Positions 22,984-34,547 of a DNA stretch of 64,000 bases are shown here, one piece after another. Positions within the stretch are counted from its first letter, which is position 1; each line of letters opens with the position of its first letter. Source of the DNA: Trypanosoma brucei (lineage: Eukaryota). The stretch is taken from positions 992,001 to 1,056,000 of the forward strand of contig CH464491.1 in the NCBI GenBank assembly GCA_000002445.1, read 5' to 3'. The notes beneath the pieces were generated by a model. It saw only the letters and a program-made list of their open reading frames with translations. It searched no databases and was not told where the DNA came from. The translations under genes and the position numbers were made by a program.

Positions 22984-25900
22984 ATGAGCGTAGAAGAAGT
23001 GTCATGTCTTTCGGAGGACTTCGCTAGCCGCACAACAACCAGCGTTCTCATCCTCTACGCTGACACGTACTTTGGTCGGAGGATGTTTCAGCAGTTTTAC
23101 GGCCGCAAGAGTAAGACGGGTACGTGCTACAGGATTAATGCGTGCATGTGGAGTGAGAGCAGCGTGGAAAACTTTATTGATTACTGTGACACGCTACCGT
23201 TCCAAATGGGTCACAGTTTCCGGTCCCGTCAGTCACTGCCAACCGTAATCGACCTCGGAACCCAGGCCGAAAAAGCCAATCTTGGTTCCACTATCGACGG
23301 TGGCGCCACACAGGGCCCAGATAATGCGGACGGGACGAGCCATCAGCTCAATGTCTTCTGGCGCCGAAATGGACCCAAGTTGCACCAGGCCGTGCTGGCA
23401 TCAGACCTGATAGTAGTTGAGTTGCGCAGTGCACAGGATGTATTTGACATTGTGCACCTTCTCACAACAAAGATTTTGCGAAAAACAAAGCGCCTTATTC
23501 TCGTCTCGTCACTACTAACGTGGTACGCCACGCCGCCCCTACAGAGGGAGTCGGTGGAGGAAGTGAACGGCGAAACAGACTCTGTTGAGAATGAAGAGGA
23601 GGGAGAACACCATGAGGAGGAACAGGAGGAGGTGCAGCAGCCCATGAAACCAGATGAAGTGGAGGCTTTGTTGGGACCTCTGGAGGTGGCCGAAGATGAT
23701 TATGAAAACTCTCCCTTGGAGGGGGAGGCAGAAGGTGAGTTGGAACTCCTAACAGAAGATCAATACAACCGTCGCATCCCGCATGCCAAGTATTTCAACT
23801 GGCGCGAGGCGGAACGAGTTGTGGCTTCAGCGAACAGCGATGATCGCCATTTGCAGACCTGCGTTGTGTTTGCGGGTCTCACATACGGTGAGGGGGAAGA
23901 TGTGATGGAGTCCTTCTTTCGCCAGGTGTGGAGCCGGGAGGAACATGGATTGCCCATATATGGTAGTGGCTCGCAGATTGTGCCATGTGTGCATATTCGC
24001 GACCTCGTGACGTTTGCGCAGCGGCTTTTGGAGGCGGCTGCACCGCCAACAAGCCGCTACGTGTTCGCTACAGATAACAGTAATGTTTCATGGCGGCGGA
24101 TGGTTCTCGCACTAAACCGGGCGTTCGGTGGGGAGAAAACATTCCATGTACCGCCTTCGGAGTACCTGCTTCACAAAAACGTAGAGCTCTTTACGATGAA
24201 CCTTCGTGTGGAGAATTCCACGATGAATGAAATGATGGACGAAAGTGATTGGGCGGCACGGGGCGGTTTCGTGGATTCCATTGATAAGGTTGCCCATGAG
24301 TTCATTGAGTCACATAACTTGCAACCGATACGCATCCTGATTCTCGGGCCACCTCTGTCCGGGAAAACTGCCCTGTCCGGGGCTGTGGCGAAGCGGCACT
24401 ATCATGTGCCTACTTTCACGATAGAGCAAGTGCGGGAAGAGTACAAGGAGCACATCGAGATCCTGAAATCTAGACTTGCAAAGTTCCGTCAGTGCCTACA
24501 TGAACGGGAAAAGACGCGTCGTGAAGAAGCGAAGAAGCGGGCATTCTTGCGACCGCGCAATAAGCCAGAGGTTAAGGAAGAAGAGGAAGATGACCAAAAT
24601 GCCATGGGTGAGACACAGCAGCAACCAACAGCGTCCCCCGACAGCGGCCGGCAGGGAAATATGGAAAGCACCAGGCTAGTGGATTGTTCAACTACCGTTG
24701 CTGAGGATGATGTCGATGGTAAGGCGGTTGACTTTTCGCTGAACGAGGAGGAAATGCAAAACGTGGAGGCACTCGTCGACGATTGGTACCAGGGCAACGA
24801 ACGTGCTATACAAATACGTGATACTATTGCGTCAATGGAGCGTGTACTCTCAATGCGGATAAGAGTACAGCCCCCAAGCTCAAATGACCCGTTGGGTTCC
24901 AGTAACCCAAAGAAGCGTAAAGAGGGAACGAAGCAGAAGCGTGTAGCAAAAGTTGTAAACAAGAAGCCAGTCGCTGAAGAAGAAGAACACAATCCTGTAC
25001 AACAGGAAAGTGCTCCATTTCAGGACAAGGCACTTGCATGCATGGTGCGGTGGCGGCTGTCCCGTCCGGATTGCCGTAACCAAGGATACGTGCTTGACGG
25101 CTTTCCAGAGACCGTGGAGCAGGCTCGCCTTGTCTTTGGCCAGACCCCACTGGAGCTTCCCGAAAACAATGAAGACACAGTAATTTCGTTGCCCTCCGCA
25201 CCAGCCGGTAGTGGAGGGTATGCAAGGACGGCGGTTGTGCGTCACTCGGCGTCACTCTCGGCGAATGCTCCACCCGAGAGCACGGAGTTGTGTGACGAAG
25301 ATCGGTTGCCTGATTTTGTCTTCGTCCTTACTGCTCCGGATAATTACCTCCTTGATCGTCTGACCGCTGTTTCCAAGATATCAGGCGAGACGGGAAGTAC
25401 TGAGGAAAAGTGTCTGAGGCGGTTCGAGGCAGCGATGGCAAACTACCAACAACAGTACACGAACGCAGAATACACCCTTCCAAACTTCTTCGAAACTGCC
25501 AGCACCGTCGCCAAAGTGCTTACGCCAGGAGGCCGCACCCCCACCGTGTTGGCGGTTGATGTGAGTGGTCAGCCCCTACTGCCTCCGCCACCACCGGAGT
25601 CCGATTTCGCCGTGCCCGAACCAGGTCAGCTGGAGAAACTTCTCTGCGCATACGTCGGACCCTCCCACACGTTGGGGCTTTCTCCAAAGCAACTCTTCGA
25701 TGAAGAAATACGAGCTCGTAATTTAGAAATGGAAGAAAGAAAGAAGGAGATGCGTGCCATCACCGAGCAGTACGAACGCGAGTTGCGTGAGTGCATGATG
25801 GAGAGCGAGCAGCGGTCCGTCGTAGAAGATGCTCGGCGCGCCATCGACCTCGCGGACCGGGAGGCCCTAGAAGAACGCAAAAGACCGCTGCGGATGTATC

Positions 25901-26037
25901 TTAACCATAACATCATACCGTTGCTGAGCAAGGGACTAGTAGAGGTGTGTAAAAGGCGACCCGTTGACCCTGTAGACTTCCTCGCCGAGTGGCTTATGCT
26001 CCACAACCCTCACGATGATTCGTGTTTTGAACTGTAA
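22984..26037 (+). CDS. AK7-like adenylate kinase domain protein with C-terminal DPY-30/RIIa-like dimerisation motif
   Basis: P-loop ILILGPPLSGKTALSGAVAKR and NMP-binding motif GYVLDGFPETVEQARLVF are present. The C-terminal ...LVEVCKRRPVDPVDFLAEWLMLHNP matches the DPY-30 motif. The N-terminal ~430 aa precede the kinase core, as in AK7. Confidence 0.75.
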   Translation: MSVEEVSCLSEDFASRTTTSVLILYADTYFGRRMFQQFYGRKSKTGTCYRINACMWSESSVENFIDYCDTLPFQMGHSFRSRQSLPTVIDLGTQAEKANLGSTIDGGATQGPDNADGTSHQLNVFWRRNGPKLHQAVLASDLIVVELRSAQDVFDIVHLLTTKILRKTKRLILVSSLLTWYATPPLQRESVEEVNGETDSVENEEEGEHHEEEQEEVQQPMKPDEVEALLGPLEVAEDDYENSPLEGEAEGELELLTEDQYNRRIPHAKYFNWREAERVVASANSDDRHLQTCVVFAGLTYGEGEDVMESFFRQVWSREEHGLPIYGSGSQIVPCVHIRDLVTFAQRLLEAAAPPTSRYVFATDNSNVSWRRMVLALNRAFGGEKTFHVPPSEYLLHKNVELFTMNLRVENSTMNEMMDESDWAARGGFVDSIDKVAHEFIESHNLQPIRILILGPPLSGKTALSGAVAKRHYHVPTFTIEQVREEYKEHIEILKSRLAKFRQCLHEREKTRREEAKKRAFLRPRNKPEVKEEEEDDQNAMGETQQQPTASPDSGRQGNMESTRLVDCSTTVAEDDVDGKAVDFSLNEEEMQNVEALVDDWYQGNERAIQIRDTIASMERVLSMRIRVQPPSSNDPLGSSNPKKRKEGTKQKRVAKVVNKKPVAEEEEHNPVQQESAPFQDKALACMVRWRLSRPDCRNQGYVLDGFPETVEQARLVFGQTPLELPENNEDTVISLPSAPAGSGGYARTAVVRHSASLSANAPPESTELCDEDRLPDFVFVLTAPDNYLLDRLTAVSKISGETGSTEEKCLRRFEAAMANYQQQYTNAEYTLPNFFETASTVAKVLTPGGRTPTVLAVDVSGQPLLPPPPPESDFAVPEPGQLEKLLCAYVGPSHTLGLSPKQLFDEEIRARNLEMEERKKEMRAITEQYERELRECMMESEQRSVVEDARRAIDLADREALEERKRPLRMYLNHNIIPLLSKGLVEVCKRRPVDPVDFLAEWLMLHNPHDDSCFEL

Positions 26038-26747
26038 GTGACCTGTTGTCTTTTCGTTTCTTACTTCGTCGGGTTGGGTTGTGAAGAGGGCCACACAGAG
26101 ACTTAGAGTGCATTGGAACTCGTACAGCGTAGCCGCTATTGTCTATAACACCCCTCCCTCCTATTTGACCCAGTAATAGGGGAAGTTTTGTTTATGTATG
26201 TTGTGAGTGTGCGCTATGCATATGCATATATATATATATGGATAATACCCCTTTCCATGTATATTTCATTCCTCAAGTCCACTCCTCTCGCCCCTTTCCT
26301 CTGCATGTTTCGGTACTTAGGTTGTTGTGTTGTGTCTGTGCTCGGCGAAAGGCCTCGGTGCTGTAGGAATGGAGGGAAGATTATCTTTCACGTTGCTCCT
26401 CAGCCTGTGTTGAGAAGGGATCTCTCGCCTGGCGTAAACATGTCATCTACTCGGCGGAATAACATATGCTTTTGTGTGCCAAGGGCGAGACGCCAAATAA
26501 GAGTGGTAGGAGGGGATGAAGAGGATTCAAATATCATCATTTTGTGGTCGGTCTGCATGAAAGAAAGGTTTTGCGTGGGAAGCACGCTTTTGAATTACGC
26601 CACAGCCTGATCTGTCCACTGTTTTCGCCCATTATTTCTTTCCCATGGTTTCCCCTCCTTTGTATGTGTTCGTGTAGTTTACAATTTAGGTTACTTCTGT
26701 CAGAAGTTGAGGAGGTGTAGCCGTGGCCCCGGCTGTGTGTCGCGTGT

Positions 26748-29330
26748 TTGGGGGTGTGCCTGTGTGTTTTACCCCAAATGTTTGGTGGTTTGGATTCGTC
26801 GGGTGACGAAGGTGAAGGATTGGCTAATCAGGGTCCATCTGGAAATAGAAACACACGACAAGTAGCGAGCAGAGGTATGAGGTCGATGTTTGCAGAAGAT
26901 GATATGCAGTCAAGGCAAGGCGTTACATCCCTGCGTTACGAAGATAAGGGGACTGACAAAGCGGTAGCACGTTCGGTGATGGGTAGTGGAGGCGCCACTG
27001 GGCAACAGTCAAATGCTTCGTCGCCACTGCAAACAGCAGTACAGGCCGTGGTGGTCGCATACAAAGGAGAGGAGGTGATTGGGTCATGCGTTGTGGCCGC
27101 ATGTGTGCCTCGTACAAGCGCCACGGCTCCTCCCCTCATTGCAATTATTGACCGGGACAAGCGACCGCAGTGTCGGGTGCGCATGGACGAAAATCTGCAA
27201 CTCATTCAGAGTGAAGGGGAGCCGCAGTACGCCTCGCTGTTCGATCCAAGTTTTGGAGGTCATTGGTCACTGATGTTCAAGGGGCGCCGGGAGTGCACAG
27301 AGTTTGTTGCTTCAGTACTTACTGCCCTCAACTCTTCGCGTCTGCAAGACAGTGGAGTGACGCCTCCAATTGTTGAGTGGGGAAGCGGCGCGTCGCCATA
27401 CGAAGAGCTGGGCGCAGCCGCACGCACGGTAACGCGTGGAGACACGGTAACGATTTCCTTCACGTCTTGGCTGCTACAACGGGTGCCGGGAACGTCCTTT
27501 TTTTCGTTAGGGAAAGTGATTGAGGAGGTGCCACCAGAGGCACCGCGTGAGGTAAGTGTGGGCTCCGGTACAATGATGATTGGTGTAGAAAACGCCCTGA
27601 CTGGCATGAGGGAAGGTGGTTTCTCACGACTGGTGTTTGTGACGCCGCGGTTGACGAAAGTGAACCGCGGCTTGGGGAATCCGGAGGTTCAGCCGTCTGA
27701 TACGGTCGTTACACACATCACTTGCCACGAGATTCTGCGGGCCGTGGGAAGAAACAAAGCTTCAAGGCCCGCACACCAAGTGGGGACGGTAGAAGCAGAC
27801 AATGTTAACTCCGCTTTTGATAACACAACGGCGGCATTGGGAGCGCCAGCGGTAATAAGTGACCGTAGGGAGTGCCCACCAGGGTCGGTGGAAACTGGAG
27901 CCGCGCAAACAGGGTCGTCAGACGTGAATTCGCTCATGCAAGTCCTTCTGCTACAGACGCTACAACAGCAGCAGCAACAGAAGCAGAGCGTCAGTGCCCC
28001 AGTTGCCGAGGGAGGGCAGTTGAGCTCAATTGAGCGAAGCGTGGAGCGACTTCACCTTCAGATTGCAACCCTTTATGAGAAGGTTGATCGCCTTGGCATT
28101 GACGAGAAGATAGAGAAAAACAACGCAGCGATTGAGCGGATCGTCAAAAAAGTTGTAGGGAAGGTGCCGATGGGTGAGGTAGATTTGGAAGATGCGGTAA
28201 AAGACCGTGATGGGCTTCTTGCGACTATTGAAAGGCTGAAAGGACGGCTCGAAGAGGAGACGAGTAATTACCATCGGGCCCTGGAGGCAATGAGTCGGCA
28301 CAAGGATGAGGTGCTCCAGTTACAGAAGGACCTGCAGCTGCAACAGGAAACTCACGGAGCGCGCGTGCAGCAACTTGAAGAAGATAGGCGCCTGCGGCTC
28401 GTGGAGGCCCATGTTCAGCAGCAACAGGCCGTAGAACGTGTAGGGGAGGAAAAGTTCCGCGAAGGCTACGAAGCCGGCGTCCGAGCAACTGAGCAAAAGC
28501 ATAAGGAACAGCGGGCCCTAGACCCCGCCGCAACCGATGGCTGCACAACACAGGAGTGGAAGGATCGTCTATTTGCCAGTGAACAGCGTGCAGTGCAGCT
28601 GGAAACGGCGCTTCAGCAAGCTGAAGGACGTCACATAGCAGAGAGGCGCCAACTGCAGGAGCATGTCGATGCGCTTACAAGGATGACGACGATGCTGCAG
28701 GAACGGGCAGAGGCCAAAGCATCAGCTGTAGAAATATTGGATGGCCAGCAGACGGCTGAACAGCAAAGTGCTTTCCTCCGCCGAACGATGAATTCGGTCT
28801 ATGTGAACTTGGAGACCCAACTACGTGCCATGGGGAGCGATACGGTTTCCGTGCTAGATGTGTTGCACCTGCTGAGTTCTGTTACTGCCGCCGAGGTCAG
28901 CGCGTTCAGCGATGATGCTTCCAAGGAGGCACTGCTACAGTGGAATCCAGCAGTGAGTGCTAACTCTGATCCGGTGGAACTGCACTCGACACACGTTGCA
29001 AACTACTTGCAAGACGCGAGCGAAATGCGAGCTGGAGGCACCGAGGGCACGTCGGACACACTCGGGTCTGTGGGTTATGCACATATCTCTGGCATTGACC
29101 AGCCGCCAGTTGTGCATGACGAGACAGGCCAGCTTGGTGTGCCACCGCCACCTGAGGGCGAGTCTCTATTTGCTTTCAACTCTGATGTCGATGGGTTCCC
29201 CGAGCCGCCCAACCTCCTGATCGATGCTGAGGATGGCAACGATGCCGCAGGCGGTGGAATTGATAACGTGAGGAACCTCGGGGAAATCTTTTTGGAAGGG
29301 GCACCAAGAGTAACGGACGGAGATGATTGA
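26748..29330 (+). CDS. FKBP-like domain protein with long coiled-coil region
   Basis: The segment GDTVTISFTSWLL...GKVIEEVPPE...VGSGTMMIGVENALTGMREGGFSRLVFVTP resembles an FKBP PPIase fold. It is followed by ~350 aa of heptad-patterned coiled coil and an acidic tail. Confidence 0.5.
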   Translation: MGVCLCVLPQMFGGLDSSGDEGEGLANQGPSGNRNTRQVASRGMRSMFAEDDMQSRQGVTSLRYEDKGTDKAVARSVMGSGGATGQQSNASSPLQTAVQAVVVAYKGEEVIGSCVVAACVPRTSATAPPLIAIIDRDKRPQCRVRMDENLQLIQSEGEPQYASLFDPSFGGHWSLMFKGRRECTEFVASVLTALNSSRLQDSGVTPPIVEWGSGASPYEELGAAARTVTRGDTVTISFTSWLLQRVPGTSFFSLGKVIEEVPPEAPREVSVGSGTMMIGVENALTGMREGGFSRLVFVTPRLTKVNRGLGNPEVQPSDTVVTHITCHEILRAVGRNKASRPAHQVGTVEADNVNSAFDNTTAALGAPAVISDRRECPPGSVETGAAQTGSSDVNSLMQVLLLQTLQQQQQQKQSVSAPVAEGGQLSSIERSVERLHLQIATLYEKVDRLGIDEKIEKNNAAIERIVKKVVGKVPMGEVDLEDAVKDRDGLLATIERLKGRLEEETSNYHRALEAMSRHKDEVLQLQKDLQLQQETHGARVQQLEEDRRLRLVEAHVQQQQAVERVGEEKFREGYEAGVRATEQKHKEQRALDPAATDGCTTQEWKDRLFASEQRAVQLETALQQAEGRHIAERRQLQEHVDALTRMTTMLQERAEAKASAVEILDGQQTAEQQSAFLRRTMNSVYVNLETQLRAMGSDTVSVLDVLHLLSSVTAAEVSAFSDDASKEALLQWNPAVSANSDPVELHSTHVANYLQDASEMRAGGTEGTSDTLGSVGYAHISGIDQPPVVHDETGQLGVPPPPEGESLFAFNSDVDGFPEPPNLLIDAEDGNDAAGGGIDNVRNLGEIFLEGAPRVTDGDD

Positions 29331-30330
29331 TGAACGTTGTTCGTAGGAAAAATATCTGGTACCTGCTTGATCACACGAAGTTGATTTCTACCCTTTTCCT
29401 CCCCATGCACGTTCTGTGAGGTCTGGTTGAGGGGCCAGGAAGGGTGGGGGGGGGAGGGGTACGTCGAGTGGAAAAGAGGGGGCAAATTTGGTGTGAAAAA
29501 AAGCCAAACAATGACAACGCAACTCCAAACACAAAAGTTTCCCCACCCATTTGAGGAAACATGTGCGCTGTACACAACTTTTCGTCGCAGTTGCTTGACG
29601 GATTTCGCTTATTTTTATTCTTTTCTTTTTTCTTCTTCTAATCTGTCTCCTCATTTCGCTTGCTCTGTCATAACTCGTTGTTATTATTTTCCACGGTATA
29701 CGTGTTTATACCATACTTTGCGGCACTGTGTAGGCTTGTATGAACCCCCGTAGGTACGCAACTGTTTCACCGGCCCTCCTTCCTCTAGTGCCATAACATA
29801 TTCAAACCTTCCTGTCAGGGAAAACAAGGTGTACCAATAAAAAATAGGTTACGGGGTGCTGCACGCAGTTTTCTTAATTTGCTGTGGCGCTTAATGTGGG
29901 GGCCAACAACTGCTGGATGACTCCGTTGGCAACTGTGTCTTTCTTGATGTTGTTGTCGCCCCTGTGAAACGGAATGGAAAAGGTGGGAGATGTCTATGCG
30001 AGGCTGAACCCTCGGTGTTTGCTGTTCGTTTTTTTGAAAAAAAACAAGAGAGAGATGGAAAAGTTGAGTGTGGGTGAAAGAGGAAAGTGATCACCACTTT
30101 GGAAAGTGTTGCGAAATGTTTTTAATAGGGAAAAGAGAACCCCCTGATTTTTGACCTCTCGTGATCAGCGAATTACGATAAAGATGCCTTCTATCCCTTC
30201 ACACAATTTGTCCCCCAATTTTCTTCCATACGAAACACAAAATTGTATAACGTTGCGCGTATATAAATCGGGGGTAAAACAGCGCTTCCCACTGCACGGT
30301 GCAGGGTGCCAATAAATAGGCAGAGCACAT

Positions 30331-31056
30331 ATGAAGGGGAATAAAGGTGCGAACATCGCCTATCCCGACAAGTACCACAAAGTAACGGAATTTTTTGATC
30401 GTGAATATGGTGACCTAGAGACGTGCACGAAGCTCAACGACTGTCAAAAGCTACTTTTTTACGCACTCAGACAGCAGGTGGAGCACGGCCCGTGCACCAG
30501 TGGCGCTCCTTTTATATGGCAGGTTCGGGAGCGTGCCAAACACGATGCTTGGAAACAACTAGGCGCCATGACGAAGTTTGAGGCGATGGTTCATTTTGTT
30601 ACGCATCTTGAAGAGTGCATTGGCGGGAATGTGGACTGGGGAGAAAAGTTGAGAGACCTCAACGGCATGCGAGACCAGCAGCGCGTCGGGGTGGAAAATG
30701 GGACTGGTGAGTCAAATGCTAACGAACAAACGGAGCGGGGAGTGAGCGAGGCGCATTGGGACGCTGATGTGCAGGCCCACTTGCAGCCTAGCGCGGAGAA
30801 TATAGAATATTTGGCGCGGGAAGTAATGCGGCTGCGCGGCGAGCTCCAACAGGTGCGACCTAACCGGGTGGTGCCCACACCCATCGTCGTTCCGCCACGG
30901 AAACCCATTGATTACGTCAGCACAAAAAATATTGTTCCCCCAGCCCGTACACTTGCTACGGTGGCCACGCGGACGGCGTTGTTGAATGCGCAAACAACCA
31001 ACAATCTTGTGGAGAGGCAACCACAAGGTTGGGGTGAGTGGTTTGGGCTCATCTAA
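30331..31056 (+). CDS. Acyl-CoA-binding protein (ACBP) domain protein
   Basis: N-terminal LLFYALRQQVEHGPCTSGAPFIWQVRERAKHDAWKQLGAMTKFEAMVHFV matches the ACBP signature (LxFYxLYKQAxxGPC...KWDAW...EAM). Confidence 0.7.
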   Translation: MKGNKGANIAYPDKYHKVTEFFDREYGDLETCTKLNDCQKLLFYALRQQVEHGPCTSGAPFIWQVRERAKHDAWKQLGAMTKFEAMVHFVTHLEECIGGNVDWGEKLRDLNGMRDQQRVGVENGTGESNANEQTERGVSEAHWDADVQAHLQPSAENIEYLAREVMRLRGELQQVRPNRVVPTPIVVPPRKPIDYVSTKNIVPPARTLATVATRTALLNAQTTNNLVERQPQGWGEWFGLI

Positions 31057-31910
31057 AGGAGCTCTTCTCTTTTGCGGCCACAGCGAGATGCGCTGTGGTT
31101 GTGGCGCAGTCACTCGTGTAGTCCTCAGAGGGACGTATGCGGCCGCCGGTTGAGGCGATTACCCGCGTTGTTTGAGAAATTCTACTTGGCATGTGTTATT
31201 CGGAATGATGCATCTGGAAGTTGAAAACCATTGCTGGATGTTCCTCTCACTTTCATCTTCAATTGCAGCATGCAATCTGATCCTTGTTCGTTAACGCTGC
31301 AATAACGAGAAGAAATGCAAGTTTTTTTTTTGCTTGCTGTTACCTGCATTCACCCTACACCTTCTTGCACGTTGCTCGTGGCGTGTCTGTGGCGCATGTT
31401 TGTGCAAACATATATATATATGTGTATACCTCATGTGTTTCTCTTGGTCCCATCTCGCTCTTCACTTGAATCCCCTTCTCCCATTCGGTCTGCACACGCG
31501 GCGAAATACGCGCTCACCGAGATTATGGGTCTGCCGTTAGGGTTCATTGCAGGCGCTGTGCCGCTAGCGCCAGCGGTAGAAGAAAACCGAACGAAAGGAT
31601 TAAAGTGCTCACGTGCTCGTGAATGAATCTCACTGCAAACTGGAGGATGTGTGAAGAGGCATGCGCACATAAATTTCCCCCGCTAAAATATGCGTAGCAC
31701 GCATCGCGAAACGCGTGACGTTGCCGCAGGTTTCTTGTCGGAACTGACGGGAAAATGGAAGGGCAAATAACGGGTGTGGATCTCGCGGAGTTGTGTGTAG
31801 CACACCACCCTGTTGTTGTTTGTGCAAGGTGTGGCTGATTCGCGCATACTCCACGCGCGCATGTGAATGATTGTTATGTTCTCCCGCTTTCCACATGTGT
31901 ATCCTATTGA

Positions 31911-32588
31911 ATGCAAATTTCTCCCCCTTTCTGTGGTTGCCTCTCTGAAATGTATGCGCGGTCGCTTGTCAAGCAAGGGGCCTTCAGTTGCTTCCGGTCT
32001 TGTGTACGGGTGGGGTCGGTGGCCATTATCGGCGGGGAGGCTCACATGTTCAAACAACTCTACAAACGTGACGAGAAGTTGCGCCTGTACAGGTCACTCA
32101 TCAAAGGGGCGAGCCGATTCCCGCTGCGTTCCCGCAGGGATATTGTAACGGAAGAAGTACGTAGCAGCTTTCGTCACCCACTAAACGATAGCCTTACAAA
32201 TGAGGAAGTCGACCGCAAGCTCGTGCTGGGGTGGGAACGGGCCGAGGCAATTAAGACATATGCGCAAAACATGTACTGGTTTCACTCGCGTGATGAGGTG
32301 TCGAAGGAAATGATGCATCACTCGTTGGAGCGGGACCGCCAACGAGTACGGGAGATGGAAAGATGCAACACTGTTGGAGCGGCACCACGGAAAACACCTG
32401 AGGTGACTGAGTTCAAGTCGTCGATGTACAACGTACATCCGGACTACTATGAAAAGATTGGGCAGAAACCACTGACGCACACAAGGGACATTTGGAGGGC
32501 TCGAGGGCAGTATGGCTCCGATGTTGGTGGTCCGCGACAGAAATTTTTTGTGCGGCGTTTCAAGGCCCTGTTTCCCCAGGGTTGGTGA
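31911..32588 (+). CDS. LYR-motif (Complex1_LYR-like) protein; start possibly at Met 32046
   Basis: KLRLYRSLIKGASRFPLRSRRDIVTEEVRSSFR fits the L-Y-R...F motif of the LYRM family. Confidence 0.45.
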   Translation: MQISPPFCGCLSEMYARSLVKQGAFSCFRSCVRVGSVAIIGGEAHMFKQLYKRDEKLRLYRSLIKGASRFPLRSRRDIVTEEVRSSFRHPLNDSLTNEEVDRKLVLGWERAEAIKTYAQNMYWFHSRDEVSKEMMHHSLERDRQRVREMERCNTVGAAPRKTPEVTEFKSSMYNVHPDYYEKIGQKPLTHTRDIWRARGQYGSDVGGPRQKFFVRRFKALFPQGW

Positions 32589-33294
32589 AGAAGTGCCGAT
32601 GCTGGGTGGTGCTTTGTGAGCTGTGGCACTCGCTGCCACAGCCGCCATATACATTTTTGCAAAAGAACGCGTATATGTACATGCGTATATTGGCTGAAAA
32701 GGATCGTGTGTTGCCACCCGCTTTAATGGGAGGTTCCATTGGCACCAGCCGCCTCAACAGGGCCCCAGCTTCTAACGAACCCCTGTTATGAGGTGAAGTG
32801 AGGAGCCGGTAACATCTTATATACGGGAAAAGGCTGTCGCATATGCTTTAGACACGGCAGCTTATGGCACATGCGCCAATACCGTTGTTCTATGACTCCG
32901 GCTCGCCCCTCTCGGTTACCAGCCGCGTGTCAGCGGCCTATTAGCATCGTCACGAGGGACAATGTGCTGCCAATTTTTGATACCAAAAGTATGGACCAGG
33001 CTGTACGTCAGTGGCCGATGCGGGGACGTTTCCCACAGGGGCACGGAAAAAGTTTTATCGGTTGTTGTGGGGCGTGCGTTATGGAAAAAAAAAGGTCAAT
33101 TGGATGAGATTGAAGCAACCACATTATCGTTGCAAGCGCTGCGAAATCACTCTCAGTTCGTTCCTTGCTTACGGTCCTCCCCGCCAACCAGTGGGGATGG
33201 CACCGCATACTCAGTCCTTCTTTAACTTACCCGCTTGTAATAGCAACAATAATAGCAAGTATTAGAAACGGTTGACACTCCCCTTGAGAGTTAG

Positions 33295-34290
33295 ATGAGC
33301 GTGCCTCGTTTGCGCGTCCCCGACCAGAACGACGAACAGTCATCCGCAAAACATTTTCCTGCAGATGACTGTCCAGCGAAGTCGTCAAGTGTAAGGACTA
33401 CGGCTGCTAACGGACAAAGTACAGCTCAATCAATCAATGTGAGTGCGCGCTTTTTGCCTTATGATGATATTTGCGGAATCGGACCAACACTTCATAGCAG
33501 CCCGACGGAGGAGAACGAGATGAACTGGTCTCACGAGCACGGCGCCAATAGGTTCCTATCGGATAGGGAAACGCATGGAACGCGCCGCCTTTGCTTCACA
33601 GGCGGCAGCAGTGGCGGTGGTACGCTCAGCGAGTCCCAAGAGACGACGGCGTCGGAGTTTGTGATGGAACTACGGGACGCCCTTAAGCAAACGATGGCGG
33701 AAGGCAACTCACCGACGGACTTGGAGGTTGACGGGAGTGCGGGCCCTGCCATTTGGATGCGCTTGTTTGAGAGGTGGCCCCTGGAGTTGGCCGCCTCGGG
33801 GTATGCGGAGTGGTGGTTGCGACACCCCAAGTGCGGTGAGGACGCTTCCCAGCTGTTCCAAATGTTCATCGATGGAATTGCGAGAGAGGAGTGCCGGCGT
33901 AACCCCCTTGACGGGGAAAAGGATGGAGAGGAACTGCGTGACGGTGTTCTTCAAGGTGCGCTTGTTATGCTTCAAGCTCTCTACGCTGACCCACCGCAGT
34001 CGCTTAGGGCGGCCTTCGGGACACCACTGTACCACCAACAGTTGTTCTTCCGTACCTGTCGCCTTGGTGCTCTCGGGGATGGACGGGAGTTGGCCCTCTG
34101 TCTTTCTCTTGCCGCTGCCATTGCGCAACGCATCGCAGGGAACAAACTGGCGATGCGCCACGACTTGAGCCGCTTCATTGGGAGAGTGCGCCGCAACTGG
34201 CAGGCTCTGCGGGAGAAGTGGTCAGACGAGGAAAAACTCGTCTTAGAGGTTGGAAAGGTGGAGGCTCTTCTTGCATTTGCCCTCGACTGA
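33295..34290 (+). CDS. Hypothetical protein
   Basis: 331-aa + strand ORF with no recognised domain. Confidence 0.45.
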   Translation: MSVPRLRVPDQNDEQSSAKHFPADDCPAKSSSVRTTAANGQSTAQSINVSARFLPYDDICGIGPTLHSSPTEENEMNWSHEHGANRFLSDRETHGTRRLCFTGGSSGGGTLSESQETTASEFVMELRDALKQTMAEGNSPTDLEVDGSAGPAIWMRLFERWPLELAASGYAEWWLRHPKCGEDASQLFQMFIDGIAREECRRNPLDGEKDGEELRDGVLQGALVMLQALYADPPQSLRAAFGTPLYHQQLFFRTCRLGALGDGRELALCLSLAAAIAQRIAGNKLAMRHDLSRFIGRVRRNWQALREKWSDEEKLVLEVGKVEALLAFALD

Positions 34291-34547
34291 GGCTTAAGGT
34301 TGCGCTTCGCAAGAAGGTTCGTTTCGTTGCTTCCCACATCACGGCCCTTCCTTACTACATGCGCTCTCATCAGGGTGTCCGGCATTTGGGTGGCATGCTC
34401 AGCGCCATCTTCATTCCCTTCTTGTACTTAAGGTGTTCCGTTCATCCTAACCATTACCGCTTCATTCTGCAATGGAAAAGTGATGTTGAGTCTCCGGAGT
34501 TTTCTATTACCTTCTTTTCATCAGCTTGCTTTTAGATTCTGGCTGCG

